From assembly GCA_028534125.1 (NCBI GenBank), contig CM052816.1:1116001-1180000 (forward strand): a stretch of DNA of 64,000 bases, given 5' to 3'. Positions 50,450-63,085 of this stretch are shown piece by piece. A program made the position numbers and the translations under genes. The stretch comes from Lama glama (Eukaryota). The notes under the pieces are model-generated. The model worked only from the letters and a program-made list of their open reading frames with translations, did no database searches and had not been told where the DNA came from. How positions within the stretch are numbered: position 1 is the first letter of the stretch; each line of letters starts with the position of its first letter.

Positions 50450-53400
50450 CCATCATTCTTCCCCAGCAAAACCTTAATCCGGTCAAACCCCAACCCTCCT
50501 CTTTCTCCATTCACTCCTTCCAAGCTGAATGTCCTAAAGAACAAACAACTATGCAAATTGGTCTCACTTTAAATTCATGTCTACAAAACTCAAATGGCAC
50601 AAAATGTAGCCTGGTCATCCTACCAGCTTCCCTCCTAAACCCCCAGCAGTCTCAATGAAAAGTTCCTCAGAGTGGGAATGAACATGGTTGGTTGGTCAAA
50701 GAGCCAAGTGAGGAGGGGGAGAGTAACAGGAGGTGACATTAGAGAAATGCAGGTGCCCTGATCATTGCCCTTGTAGGGCACTGTAAGGACTTGGCTTTTA
50801 TGTTGAGCGAGATGGGAGGGTTTTGAGCAAAGGAGTGACAAATTAGGTTTGAATAGCATCACTCCCAGCTGGTATTTTGACAATAGACTGTAAAGGAAAG
50901 AACACAATCAGGGAGACAGGAGATGACTGCCGTCATCCCAGCAAGAGATGCTGGTGACTTGGACCCAGGTGGTGGCAGGGAAGGAAGCTGGAGGTGTTCT
51001 GATTTGGGTTGTCTTTGAAGGTACAGCTAACGGTGTTTGCTGACAATTTGGATGTGGCATCTGACAGACAGTGAAGGGTCAACAGAGACACTAAGGTTTT
51101 GGCCTGAACAATTTTAAGGCTGAAATTGTCCCCTACTGAGATGGGCTAGACGGTGGGGGGAGGGGGGCAAGTTCGGTGAGTGGGAGTGGGAGATGAGGAA
51201 ATGAAGAGTTTGTTTTTGGACACATTGAGTTGGAGATGTCTACTAGACAGCTCTATTAGTTTGCGAGGGCTGCTGTGACAGATTACCACGTGCTTGGTGG
51301 CTTAAAGCACCAGAAATGGATTCTCTCACAGTTCTGGAAGCCAGAAGTCTGAATTTTAAGTGCCAGCAGGGCCATGCTCCCTCTGAAAGCTCTAGTGGGG
51401 AATCTGTTCTTTGCATCTTTTAGCTTCTGGTGGCGGATGGCAGTTCCTTGACCTGTGGCTGCCTCTTTGGTCAAAGTGCCTCTCCTCTACCAAGGTAGGA
51501 AAGAATCAAGGGCCTCTGGTGCTGGAGGCCAAGGGTCTTAGTCCGTCTGGGCAGCTGTGACAAAGTGTTCCACATGGGGTGTCTCATAAACCACAGGAAT
51601 TTATCTCTCCTGGTTCTAGGGGTGAGAACATTTAAGATCAAGATGCTGGCACAGCAAGATGGCAGTCTATGAACTTCCTGGTTCGTAGACTGCCGTCTTG
51701 CTGTGTCCTCACATGGTGGAGGGACGAGGGAGCTCTCTGGGACCTCTTTTATCATGACAGTAATCTCAAATTCAGGAGGGCCCTCCACTCATGACCTAGT
51801 CACCTCCCCAAAGCCCCACCTCTAAGTACCATCATACTAGGGATGAATGAATTTGTGCTGGGGGAACGCAAGCACTCAGCCCATAGCACCAAGTGAAGAC
51901 ACTTACAAAAAGGAAGAAATGATCAACCATAACAGATGATGCAATAGGAAAAGTAAGACTAGGACCAAGAGCTGACTGTTGGCTTTAGCGAGATGGAACT
52001 CAGGGGGGATTTTGGAAAGAGCAGTTTGGGAGGAGACATAGAGGAAAAACATGGTTGAGGAAGGTTCAAGAGAGAAGAGGCAGCTGCAGCCTTGCTGAAC
52101 CTGGTTATTAGCTCCAGTGGGTTTCTTGTGGGTTCTTTGGGATTCCCTATACACAGGAACAAATTTGAAAAGAGTAGTGACGTTTGCAGAACAATGTGAA
52201 AGTAAGTAATGCCACTGAATTAAAAATGTCATTGAAAGGGCACATTTTATATATTTTATCATGATAAAATTTTCTTAGACAGAAAAACACTAGGTGAATA
52301 ATTGGAAGCAGTGAGTAGGTGAAAGTCATGAAGTGAGAAAAGGCGGCAGAGTTGAGGATACCGGCAACAGAAGGGTTTAATGATAAGCTATGGAATCTGG
52401 GTGGCGTAAAGAAGCAAGTGTGGGGTGAGAGCAGGCGGTTGGGACAGTGAAACGGTGGAGGGATCAATGGATGAAGTACCGAGTCGGGTGGAATGATTAT
52501 TGGAGTTGAGGTGCCAGAGAGGTGAGCTGGAAAGATGGGGTGGTGGTTGTAGCATGTGATGCTAGAAATGGATGATGTGCAGTTATGAGTAATAACAAAG
52601 TCTGGGTTTGGGCCAAGTTAGTGCAGAGGACAAGACTATTGGAGAAGAAGGCCTCAAGGAGGAGAGGGACCTGGATCTTGGACGAATCATCTACCAAGAG
52701 AGTGAAATTACCGAGAATCACAGCGAAGTAGTGGTGGAGACAGAGACCGTGAGGCATGAGCTCAGATCTTCGAGGACTTGGGGGGAAATGACCCGGGGGC
52801 CCATGGGAGACCGTGGGAAGACCGTCTAGTCTGATGATGTGGATTTCTAAGCTGGGAGGTGGGGCGTTAATGGAGGAGCGAGGGAGGTTGGTGTGGGTGT
52901 GACAATCAGGCACAGGGAGGTCACCTGCCTCCTGTTTAGGCCCCTTAGAACGAGGGGAGTGTGACAGAAGACAAACCTGAGCTAAGGGAGCTCCAGAGAA
53001 AGCATGTTCTTAGAAAGGAGCCAGGTTTTAATTAAACGGAGAATAGGAAGGGAATGTTCAGAGAGATTGATGGCATTAACTCACTTACCATGTCTGGCAC
53101 TCAGCTGGATACTGAGAGTGTGAACAAGAGTGAAATATCCTGCCCTCATGGAATTTATGTTCCCCCTGGGAGACAGTCATCAAGATTAGAAAAGAGAAAT
53201 ATATAGTTGATTAGATAATACTAAATATTAGGAGATAAAATAAAGCAGTGAAGAGTGAAGTGTCAGTAATTAGAAGTTGAAACTATAATAGGTGGCCAAG
53301 AAAGGCTCTCTGAGAAGGTGACATTGAATAAAGACTTGAAGGATCTACTTGGAGAGTTGACCAGATATCTGCGGATAAGAACAGCAAGTGTAAAGGCCCT

Positions 53401-55330
53401 GAGGTGGAAACCTGCCCAGAATGCCTGAGGAAAAGGGAGGTATGGTGATAGCAGGTGGAGAGAGGGGAAAAGGTGGGGAGGAAATGAGGTAAAAGGGGGA
53501 AGCAGAGGGGTAGGCAGGTCATGCAGGGCCCTGTGACTATAGAAGGGACTTGGCCTCTACTCTGAGTGAGATGAGGAGCCACAGAAGGAAGGGTTTGGGG
53601 CAAAGGAGAGACGTGAATTGCATTTCGATGGGATCACTTTGGCTGCTGTGCGGACGCGGAGGGGGGGGGGTGTGGGGGCAGGGGCTGGTATAAGCAGACT
53701 AGTTAGGAAGGTTTTGCCCAAACCCAGCTGAGAGCTGCGGGGTGCTCTAGACCAGGGAAGTAGTGGGGGTGTGGCTTTAGGAGCACTGACAGCCAATGAG
53801 AGAGCAGGAGGGTGTGAGGGCATGGGGGGTGGGGGGCAGTAGGGTTAGGCTCTGGTGTGTTGTAGGAAATTCTTCTGCTTTGTTAGTGAATAAGGGAGCA
53901 AGCTCAGTGTGAGGTGGGGGAGGAAGTACTAGACCTTTGCAGGAAAGGGGTAAATTATAAATAGTCATTTAGGAGAAGGGGAAAGAAATGGACTAGAGCC
54001 TGGTGCCTTGGACTCACCTGGAAGGCTCATTACAACAGAGTGCCGGCCCCTTACCCCTAGAGTTTCTGCTCTAGCAGGTCTGGGGTGGGACCTGAGAATT
54101 TGCATTTCTATTGCCTGCGCAGGTGAAACATCTGCTGCCGCTTAGGGATCACCTTTGAGAATCTCAGGACAAGTGCAATACAGTCACTTTGCCAGGCAGA
54201 ATGGAGCACCTGCAAGCGCTGAATGGTGAATTCACTGAAGGCTGCCAGGCGTGGCTGTGTTTTTGTCCAGTCAAGCTCAGCCACACCAGAGCCAGCACAG
54301 GACAGACAGGTGAATTTAACGGGGGTTGAAGTTTAGCCAAGGGAATGCTATAAATTCTCTTGGCTAAACTGCACTTGGCTGGAAAAGAAAAGGAAAGTAA
54401 TTGGGTTAAAGGTAGAGGCAATGGAGTGAGTCAGCTGATTGACCTTGGAATGGAATCTGGACACTATGAGACAGTGGAGAGGTGTCAGGATCCAGGACTT
54501 CAGGGGTTATTGGGGCCTGGGTCCTAGAGGGAGCGAGCTGCAGATGGAGGTTATAGATGGGGTGAGACGGTAGCAAGGAAGATGGGGTGATTGGAGGACA
54601 AGAAGTCAAGGAGTCAGAGGCCAGAGTCTCAGAAGATACATCCATCTGCTTGGATATTGAAAACACCAAGAATTAAAATAGAAGGTGGTTAGAGAGAGTG
54701 ATAGAGAGCCGAGCGCTAAAATCCTCAAGCAAGGGCCGTGGCCTGGTGGCCGGGAGGTGACTGCCATAGGGCAGGTCAAGGAAGCTGCACTCTAATGACA
54801 AGAGGTTCAAAGCCAGTAGGTTTTACAGGAGTGACGATGGAGAAGGGTCTGGCAGTGACACAGGGGTGCAAGGAGGCACCCCCACCCACCCCCAGGTCCA
54901 CAGAGCAGAGAGGCAGGAGGGACAAGGCTTCCACATGCGGAGCCGGTGGGGACACCGAGCTCCCATGAGAGCCAGGGTCTGTGGCTCACCACCCCAGCTG
55001 CAAATGACAAACACCTGGGGACACTGAGCCCACACCAGTGCATGGACCCCACCGTCCAGGATTTTTGTTTAATTGGTCCAGCAAGTTGGCTTTGTTTGTG
55101 AGCCCTGGAGGTGATTTGAATGTGCCTCCCAGGAATGACAGAGAGAAGGTGAAGGGGACACAGAGAGGCGTTTGAGGATGTGGGGGCCTTGCCTGGGATT
55201 GGCCAGGGTTAGAGGGAAAGTGGCCAGCTTTAGGGACAGATCAGAAGAGAGGAGGATGGCGGGTGCCTGTCTGGGGAAGGGAGGTGAGGCCTGGGAGACC
55301 TGGGCTGTAGAGAGTTCAAGGGGTTGTAAG
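50450..55330. mobile_element. Cluster of L2 fragments with nested MaLR LTRs (~51255-51470, ~51535-51890), an L1 piece and MER5A
   Basis: L2 hallmarks (ggttttgagcaaaggagtgac, gtttgtttttggacacattgagttggagatgtc, gcaagtgtaaaggccctgaggtgg). MLT hallmarks (ctcacagttctggaagccagaagtc, cacctccccaaagccccacctc). Confidence 0.75.
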
Positions 55331-55558
55331 GTGGATCCTGGCAGTGAGGCCACGAGAGTCGGGGAGAAGGAGGGATGGGGTCTTGCCTGGAGCTCAGAGA
55401 AGGCGGTGGCCTGCCCTCACCCAACAGCTGGGGCCTGGATGCTGGGGGAGGGCCGTCCTAATGGGGCACCTGGAACTCTGGGACCCCGCTGCCTCCCAGC
55501 CACCCTTCCCCACCTCCCAGCCCCCAGCACAGTCGGTAGGCTCCAGTGAGGCAGGGCA

Positions 55559-56829
55559 ATGTAAGTCCCCCCCTTATCCATGAGTTCACTTTCTGCAATT
55601 TCAGTTCTCTGTGATCTGAAAATATTAGATGGAAAATTCCAGAAATAAACAATTCACAAATGTTCAATTGCTTGCGGTTCTGAGTAGTTTGAGGAAATCT
55701 CACGCCCTCCCGCTCCGTAAATCATCCCTTTGTCCAGCGTATCCCACCGTTGGTCACTCAGTACCAGTTCTCAGATCCACTGTCTCGGTTTTGCAGTGCT
55801 GGTGTCCAAGTCACCCTTATTTTACTTAATATTGGCCCCAAAGCACAAGAGTAGTGATGCTGGCAATTCGGATCTGCCGAAGAGAAGCCGTTAAGTGCTT
55901 CCTTTAAGTGGAAAGGTGAAAATTCTTGACTTTATAAAAAAAAAGGAGAGCTGCCCCTTTTCCAGGGTCATGATGAGCAGCAAGGTGGTGTCTGCAACAG
56001 GGTCGTTCAGGTGGTCAAGCCACGTGCTTCATTAATAAGGTTCCCTGACAGAAGGGACAACCCTAAGCCCAGTTATCAGAAGTTCTGAGATCAGCAGGAG
56101 CACCTTCTCACTCTGCTTTGATTTCACAACATTCTAAGGGACGGAAACCACCAGCCTGGCCGATGTGTCAGGGCCCACCAGACACTGCAGAGATGACAAA
56201 AACATTGCCTCAGAAATACAGACAGAAAATTTGTGTCTCAAGAAAAAAAAATTGCATTTATCCAACTTGAAGGTCCAGAATAATCGCTGAGACTCTGGCT
56301 GCTGTTTGCCAGCCGACAAAAGAATAGTTTTTACGATAAAGGACTTCCAAAATGAAACAAAAAAAAAGAAGAAGAAGAAGGAAAGAAAAAAAAATCACAT
56401 GCTGAGGTTGCTAAGATCTACGGCAAGAATGAATTTTCCATCCACTTGTGAAGAAGAAAAAAAAAATTTGTGTCAGTTTTGCTGTCACACCTCAAACTGC
56501 ACAAGTTACAACCGCCATGCGTGATAAGTGCTTACTTAAGAAAGAAAAGGCATTACATGTGTGCACGATATTTTGAAAGAGAGACCACATTCACATAACT
56601 TTTATGACAATATATTGTTGAAATTGTTATATTTTATCATTAGTTGTTCGTACTCTCTCACTGTGCCTCATTTGTTAATTAAACTTTACCATCGGTACGT
56701 ATATATAGGAAAAAACATGGTGTGTGTGTATATATATATAAATGTATGTAGGATCTTGTACTGTGCAAGGTTTCAAGCAACCACCGGCCATCCTGGGACG
56801 TAGCCTCCACACATAAGTGGGGACCACTG
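55559..56829 (+). mobile_element. Tigger7/MER44-type DNA transposon, interrupted by the MRPS36 retrocopy
   Basis: 5' end agtccccccttatcc; internal ggccccaaagcacaagagtagtgatgctggcaattcggat...; resumes at aaaatcacatgctgaggttgctaagatctacgg; 3' end ataagtggggaccactg followed by TA. Confidence 0.88.
55946..56380 (+). pseudogene. MRPS36: Processed pseudogene of MRPS36/KGD4 (alpha-ketoglutarate dehydrogenase component 4)
   Basis: ATG 55970 to TAA 56283, intronless. With three frameshifts it reads MMSSKVVSA/RVVQVVKPRASLIRFPDRRDNPKPS/SEVLRSAGAPSHSALISQHSKG...QGPPDTAEMTKTLPQKYRQK/FVSQEKKIAFIQLEGPE*. Followed by a short 3' UTR (GATAAA-ggacttccaaaatg) and an A-rich tail. Confidence 0.93.
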
Positions 56830-57514
56830 TAGTCAGAACCTAGACCGTGGATCCAGAATGACTTAGGTCAAATCTCTGCTCTGGGTGACCTTAGGCAGGT
56901 TACTCAATCTTTCTGTGCCTCTGTTTTCCCAACAGTAAAATGGGGCTAAAAATACTACCTGACTCAGAGGGATTTGGTGAACATTAAGTGAGTTAATTTA
57001 TGGAGGGGTTAGAGGAGTGCCTGGCATGTAGTAGGCCCCATCTGTGTCCTCCATCTTTATAAATACACCCCAAATCGACTTCTCTCCATCCACAGTTTGA
57101 TGACACTAGTCCAAGCCGCCAGCGTCGCTCGCTGGGTGCCCTGTTTCCACTTCCGCTTCTAACCCACTCCCACTGTGTAGCCGGGGGGGATATTTCAAAA
57201 CTGCAGATCAATCTTTGTCACTCCTTTGCTTAAAACCTTCCTCTGACCTCCCATCCATGGCATTTAGAATCAAGTCCCAAATCGTTATTCTTGGATTAAA
57301 ACGTCCCTCACCATCTGGCCTTCCTCTGCACATCATTTCCTCACCCACTAAATTCCAGATCCGCTGACCTTTCTCTTCTTTAACATGCCAAGCACACTCC
57401 CGTGTTGGGTCTTTGCACCAGCTGTTTCCTCTGCCCAGATAATTCTTTCCCCTAGTCCGTGCATGGTTAGATTCTCCTCGTCTCTCAGGCTCACCGGATG
57501 CTCTGTTCTTGCCA

Positions 57515-57677
57515 TTTCTTTTTTTGTTTTGTTTCGTTTGCGGGGGGGGGGGAGGTTGAGGGGAGGGGAGGCAATTAGGCTTACTTATTTATTTATTCTT
57601 GGAGGAGGTAGTGGGGACTGAACCAGGACCTCCTGCATGCTAAGCATGTGCTCTACCCTTGAGCTATACCCTCCCCC
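57515..57677 (-). mobile_element. tRNA-derived SINE (Vic-1-like)
   Basis: ggggactgaaccaggacctcctgcatgctaagcatgtgctctacccttgagctataccctcccc is the reverse complement of the SINE head. Confidence 0.85.
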
Positions 57678-57744
57678 ACCACCCCCAACATTTCAATTCT
57701 CTGCATGGTCCTCACTGCCTTCTTTGTTTTATTTGTTTATGTCT

Positions 57745-58185
57745 GTTCTACTTTGCATTTCCCCCAAAGCAGAGGGTAAGACAAGGATTCAGGTGCACAT
57801 AGTTTATTTGGAAGATGTGGCCAGAAAGTGGGGGATGAGGATGCAGGGACCGTGAGACAGGGAGGGTGCAAAGTCAGTCTAAGAGTGTCATCAGCCTCAC
57901 TCCTGTGAGGGAGGGGCTTTATCCTCCCAGGACCTCTGGGAAGCATACAGAATACTTCACAGGGTTGTCCCGCTAAACAGAGAGACCAAAGCCTGTCCCT
58001 CTTGGGTTGAGGGCTGCCTCTGGGGCATTGATTCCCTGACCTCCCAGGTTCTGCTTGCCAAACAGGTTCCAGCGGCAAGGCTGGATTGGAGACGGCTCTA
58101 GCCGCCAGAGGCAAGTCAGCACTTCCCAACGCAGGCACCGGGAACTCAGAGTGATGGCCTCAGAGAGGGGGCTGAGAGTCTGCAC
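57745..58185 (-). mobile_element. Old ERVL-type LTR (LTR16-like)
   Basis: tcccccaaagcagagggtaagacaaggattcaggtgcacatagtttatttggaagatg. Confidence 0.55.
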
Positions 58186-60105
58186 CGCAGGCTCCGGTGT
58201 TGGCTGCCTGACCCGCTTCCCTACTAGAGTGTAGACTCTAAGTGAGTGGAGACTTTGTCACTTCTGTTCATTGATGTACTTCAAGAACCCAGCTCGGTGC
58301 CTGGCAGATAGCAGGTATCCATACATATTAGCTAAAGAAACTTAATCCTTTCATCGATCCAGGAGAAGGTAACTCATTTTTGGGGGGAGGAAATTAAGAC
58401 TCAGTCTTCAGTACTGGGGTCACCCAGCCCACTGGTGACAGAGCTGGAGTATCGACCCAGGCAATCTGACTTTGGACCCCCAAAGCTTTGAGTTACAAGA
58501 ACTTACTTCAGCAGCAGGTAAAGTGACTGAGGTCCAATTGGATCTGTACCCTCCACTGGCAGGTGGGGAGACTGTGATCTGAGAGATGTCATGCTTGAAG
58601 CTACACATCCATTTAGGGGGGGTGGACCTCCACCCTGGGGTCCCAGGTGCATTTGGAAGCACATACTCTCAGGAGGGGAAGAGAGGTTTGACTACCTGTG
58701 TGTCCTGCAGGTTGTAAAAACCCAATGTGAAATGTAGAGACAGCAGGAAAAACATCTGCCACAAATGCAACCGCCTTGTTAGTATTAATATGTAACTAGC
58801 ACTTCCTTTAGCAAAACTCGAATAGGCCAAGAGGAAGCTGTGTAAAGGACAGTAGAAGAAATATAAATATAAATAATCACCGGAGAGCAAAGAAATGTGA
58901 ACTAAAACAATGTGTTCAATTTTGCAATCAACTTGGAAAATTTTTTGAATATATTTTTTCTTTAAAAAAATTTTTTTTTAAATGATAACTTAGTCTTGGG
59001 GAGGGTCCATGGAAGCAGGCACTTTCTAACTTTGTGTTGACAGAAATGTGTTTTGGTAGAAAATTCCTGGAGGTCCATTTATAATCTATTTCAGAAGGTG
59101 TAAAATTGTTCACACCCTTTATCACAGCAATTTCACTTCTAGGAGTGAATCGTCAGGAAATGATCAGAGAAGCACAAAGAAAGTGCATTTTTAGGATTTT
59201 CATCTCAGCGTTGTGTATAATGCACAGAGAAAAAACAATGTGTAACCACTAGCTCTTAGTCGTAAGTTGAAGTGCCCGACAATGAAAGACTGAGTTGAAA
59301 AAATGATTTAGCTACATGAGAGAATATTAAGCAGCCACTGAAAGTATTCTGAAAGCTATTTTTAAGGTATCTCATGAAAAATGCTCCTGAGATCATCTGG
59401 GGCTTAGAAGCAGCGGGATACAAAACGACGCGTTCAGACAATTACAACTTAAAGCTTATGGTAACTTCGGCTCACACCTGCTCAGTGCCCTCAGCACACC
59501 AGGCATTATATTGTTTGATCTTTATATAACTCCATCAAGGAGGTACCACTTGTCATCCCCATCGTATAAATGAGGAATCTGAGGTTAAGTTACTTGCCTA
59601 ACTAGAAAGAAGCAAGGTCAAGACTGAAGTCTGAGCAGTCTCACTCAGAGCCCGGATTTAACCATGGAGCTGGTGGGAGGCAGAGAGGCTTGGTGGAGGG
59701 GGGCGCAACACATCAAAAATGTCCCGGGTGATGGGATTAAGGTCTCAGGAAACGAGAACGTCTGCCGTCAGGTGCTCAGAGCTAAAACCTTGGGGTCATC
59801 CTGATTCCCTCTTTCACACCCGGCAGCTGGTCCACCAGCGGGTCCTGGGAGCTCTAACTTCCAAACACGCTCAGAGCCTGTTCCCTCTCACCTCCTCCAC
59901 CACTTCCACCTGTAGCCTCGGAGCTGCTCTCTCCGGGCCCCCACGGTCTCTGTGTCCAGCCGAGGAGTCCATCACATCGGTATCACGTGGTTTGCCTAGT
60001 GGTGGTAGGAGAGTGGGGTTGTTCAGGATCTTAAACATATTTTAATCATGCTGTAATAGTGTTCCAAGGGGATAGATACCTATATAATCAAAAAATGTCA
60101 AAATA

Positions 60106-60322
60106 AAGTGTGAGATTTACTAATGTTAGCCACTTTATACAAAAATAGATTTTTTTTAAAGTTTTCTTTTGCATAGCACAGGGAACTATGTTCAATATCT
60201 TGTAATAACCTTTAATGGGGAAAAAAAAAGAAAATGAATCTATGTATGTATATGCATGACTGGGACACTGGAATGTACACCAGTATAAGACACATTGTAA
60301 TTGACTGTACTTCAATTTAAAA
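60106..60322 (+). mobile_element. Camelid-type L1 3' UTR fragment
   Basis: atagcacagggaactatgttcaatatcttgtaataacc...cacattgtaattgactgtacttcaatt. Imperfect TSD aaaaatgtcaaaata / aagaatgacaaaata. Confidence 0.8.
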
Positions 60323-61718
60323 AGAATGACAAAATAGAGGATTGTCCAGCATCCCGTCCCCAGGCCTCAGCCCGCCTCAATCCTTGGCTCTCCCACCCTG
60401 GACCTCTGCACACCTGGACGCCCCCACAGTAGGTGACCTCATGGCACCCCGTGGTCCTCACCTGCTGCTGGCGGTGAGGACCTCCCCAGCTTGAGGATCC
60501 CACTGGCAGCCCCAGCAGGCTTGTCTGGTTGCTTTTTACTGTCCAGTCCCAGTTTCCTTCCTGTTCATTGTCTGTCAGAGGAGGGGCGTCTGGCGGGCTC
60601 AGGGGCTTTTAAGTTAATGGCGGCTTTTATTTCCTCCTGGAGTCTGGGGAGTTCCTAGGATCTTGCTCCATTGTTCCCCACAGAAGCCGAGTCAGGCTGG
60701 AATGCTCCTTATCACACACCTAGTCCAGAGTTCACAGACTGGGGCCGATGCTCTGGGTGGCCACACAGCATAATAGAAAAGAGAAAGAGAAGAAGAAGAA
60801 AAAAAAAACAACAGTATTTTAAAAATCAGGAGATATCTTGGTTCTTCTTTCTTTGAAAAAATTTAGCAAACTGGCAATATTGGGGCCAAACTCTGGCGCT
60901 GGAACAGTCAGAGAGGCATAGACAGCACCTCACATGGGATGCACCAAGAGCTCCCTGGCTCACCGCAGTCCTCACCACTCCCTATTGCCCCTGGCAGCTC
61001 GGCTGGGGTGGCCATTGACTATCAAACTTGTGTTGTTTTCTTCAGAGAGAACACTCCTCCATCCCTGCGTCTCTCTCACAGTTGGGATTGAGGGGAGGGA
61101 AGCAACCCAGGAGGGCTGTGAGGGTTGCCTTCCACTCAGCAAGTTTCTCTCACTTACTTGTCTCCCTGACTCCTGTATCCCCTTGGGTTTGTGTCCTCCT
61201 CCTCTCCTTTGACAGAAGGAGGAATCCCATCCCCTCCTTTGGCAGAAGGAGAAACTGAGGCCAGTGGAAGGAGGGCTGCTTGCAAAGCCCTCACAGTGAG
61301 TTCACACAGTGCTTGCTTCAGGCTCTAAAGAGGAATGCCCTAGGAAGATTCTGGCATGTCTTGTTATGATGGACAAGCATTACAGAGCAGTTTGTACTTT
61401 CACTCACCTTCTTTTCATAGTCACAACAGTCTTGGAAGGAAACCGTGGTTCCCCATCTTACTACCAAAGAGCATCAGTGTCCAGGGTCACACAACTTTCG
61501 GGGTCTCCTGTGAAAACTGAGATTACTCCTTCTGTACATCATTATTTACATTAGGCCCTGTGTTGTCTTCAAAGAGCCTAAATGGTGTGAGAGTAAATAG
61601 ACATGGTGGGAAAACAGGAGGAAATTTTTGCCCTAAGGATTGTTCATGGAGGGAGATGGCTGAGTTCGGATTAAGAATTACAAGGCATAGATTATCTTTG
61701 GAAGGATACAGAAATGGG

Positions 61719-62034
61719 TGTTTTAGTCTGTTTAGGCTACTGCAGCAAAATATCATAGGCTGGGTCGCTTGTGAACAACAGGGATTTATTTCTCACAGGT
61801 TCCGGAGTCAGGGAACACAGATCAAGGCGCCAGTGTGGTTGCCCTCCTGGTTCAGAGCCGGCACCTTCCGGCTGTGTCCTCACGCGGTGGGCGGGGCCCG
61901 GTCTCTTTCATAAGGCACCACTCTCTTGACATAATCATCACCCAAGGCCCCCACCTCCTAATACCATCACCTTTGGGATGTTAGGATTTCGACATATGAA
62001 TTGTGGGAGGGACACAAACATTCAGACCACAGCA
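61719..62034 (-). mobile_element. MaLR solo LTR (MLT1A-like)
   Basis: tgttttagtctgtttaggctactgcagcaaaatatcatagg...acacaaacattcagaccacagca. TSD atggg / acggg. Confidence 0.85.
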
Positions 62035-62079
62035 ACGGGCTTGCTCTGGGGTAGAGCTCAGAGGGGCCGGAGAGGGGAG

Positions 62080-62579
62080 NNNNNNNNNNNNNNNNNNNNN
62101 NNNNNNNNNNNNNNNNNNNNNNNNNNNNNNNNNNNNNNNNNNNNNNNNNNNNNNNNNNNNNNNNNNNNNNNNNNNNNNNNNNNNNNNNNNNNNNNNNNNN
62201 NNNNNNNNNNNNNNNNNNNNNNNNNNNNNNNNNNNNNNNNNNNNNNNNNNNNNNNNNNNNNNNNNNNNNNNNNNNNNNNNNNNNNNNNNNNNNNNNNNNN
62301 NNNNNNNNNNNNNNNNNNNNNNNNNNNNNNNNNNNNNNNNNNNNNNNNNNNNNNNNNNNNNNNNNNNNNNNNNNNNNNNNNNNNNNNNNNNNNNNNNNNN
62401 NNNNNNNNNNNNNNNNNNNNNNNNNNNNNNNNNNNNNNNNNNNNNNNNNNNNNNNNNNNNNNNNNNNNNNNNNNNNNNNNNNNNNNNNNNNNNNNNNNNN
62501 NNNNNNNNNNNNNNNNNNNNNNNNNNNNNNNNNNNNNNNNNNNNNNNNNNNNNNNNNNNNNNNNNNNNNNNNNNNNNNN
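62080..62579. other. Assembly gap (500 N)
   Basis: Run of exactly 500 N. Confidence 0.99.
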
Positions 62580-63085
62580 TTAGGTTGCTTCCATATCTTG
62601 GAAATGTGAATAATGCTGCTATGAACATTGGGGTGCATGTGTCTTTTCAAATTAATGTTTCTGTTTTTTTTCGGGGATATACCCAGGAGTAGTCATATGG
62701 TAGTTCTATTTTTAGCTTTTTGAGAATCTCCATACTGTTTTCCACAGTGGCTGCACCGATTTACATTCCCACCAGCAGTTCAGGAGGGTTCCCTTTTCTC
62801 CACATCTTCGCCAACATTTGTGATTTGTGTTCTTTTTGATGACAGCCCTTCTGACAGGTGTGAGTGATATCTCATTGTGATTTTGATTTGCATTTCTCTG
62901 ATGCTTAGTGATGTTGAGCATCTTTTTTAATGTGCCTGTTGGAAAAATACCTATTCAGTACGTCTGTCCATTTTTTAATCTGGTTTTTTTTGATGTTGAG
63001 TTGTATGAGCTGTTTATATATGTGGAATATTAACCCCTTATTGGTTATACCATTTGCAAATATTTTCTCCCATTCAGTAGGTTTT
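62580..63085 (-). mobile_element. L1 ORF2 3' fragment abutting the gap
   Basis: [32 protein letters not shown] and MFIAALFT in the minus-strand ORFs. Confidence 0.92.

Noticed and set aside
61967..62692. ORFs of more than 200 aa near the window end
   Set aside because: Artefacts of translating the N gap.
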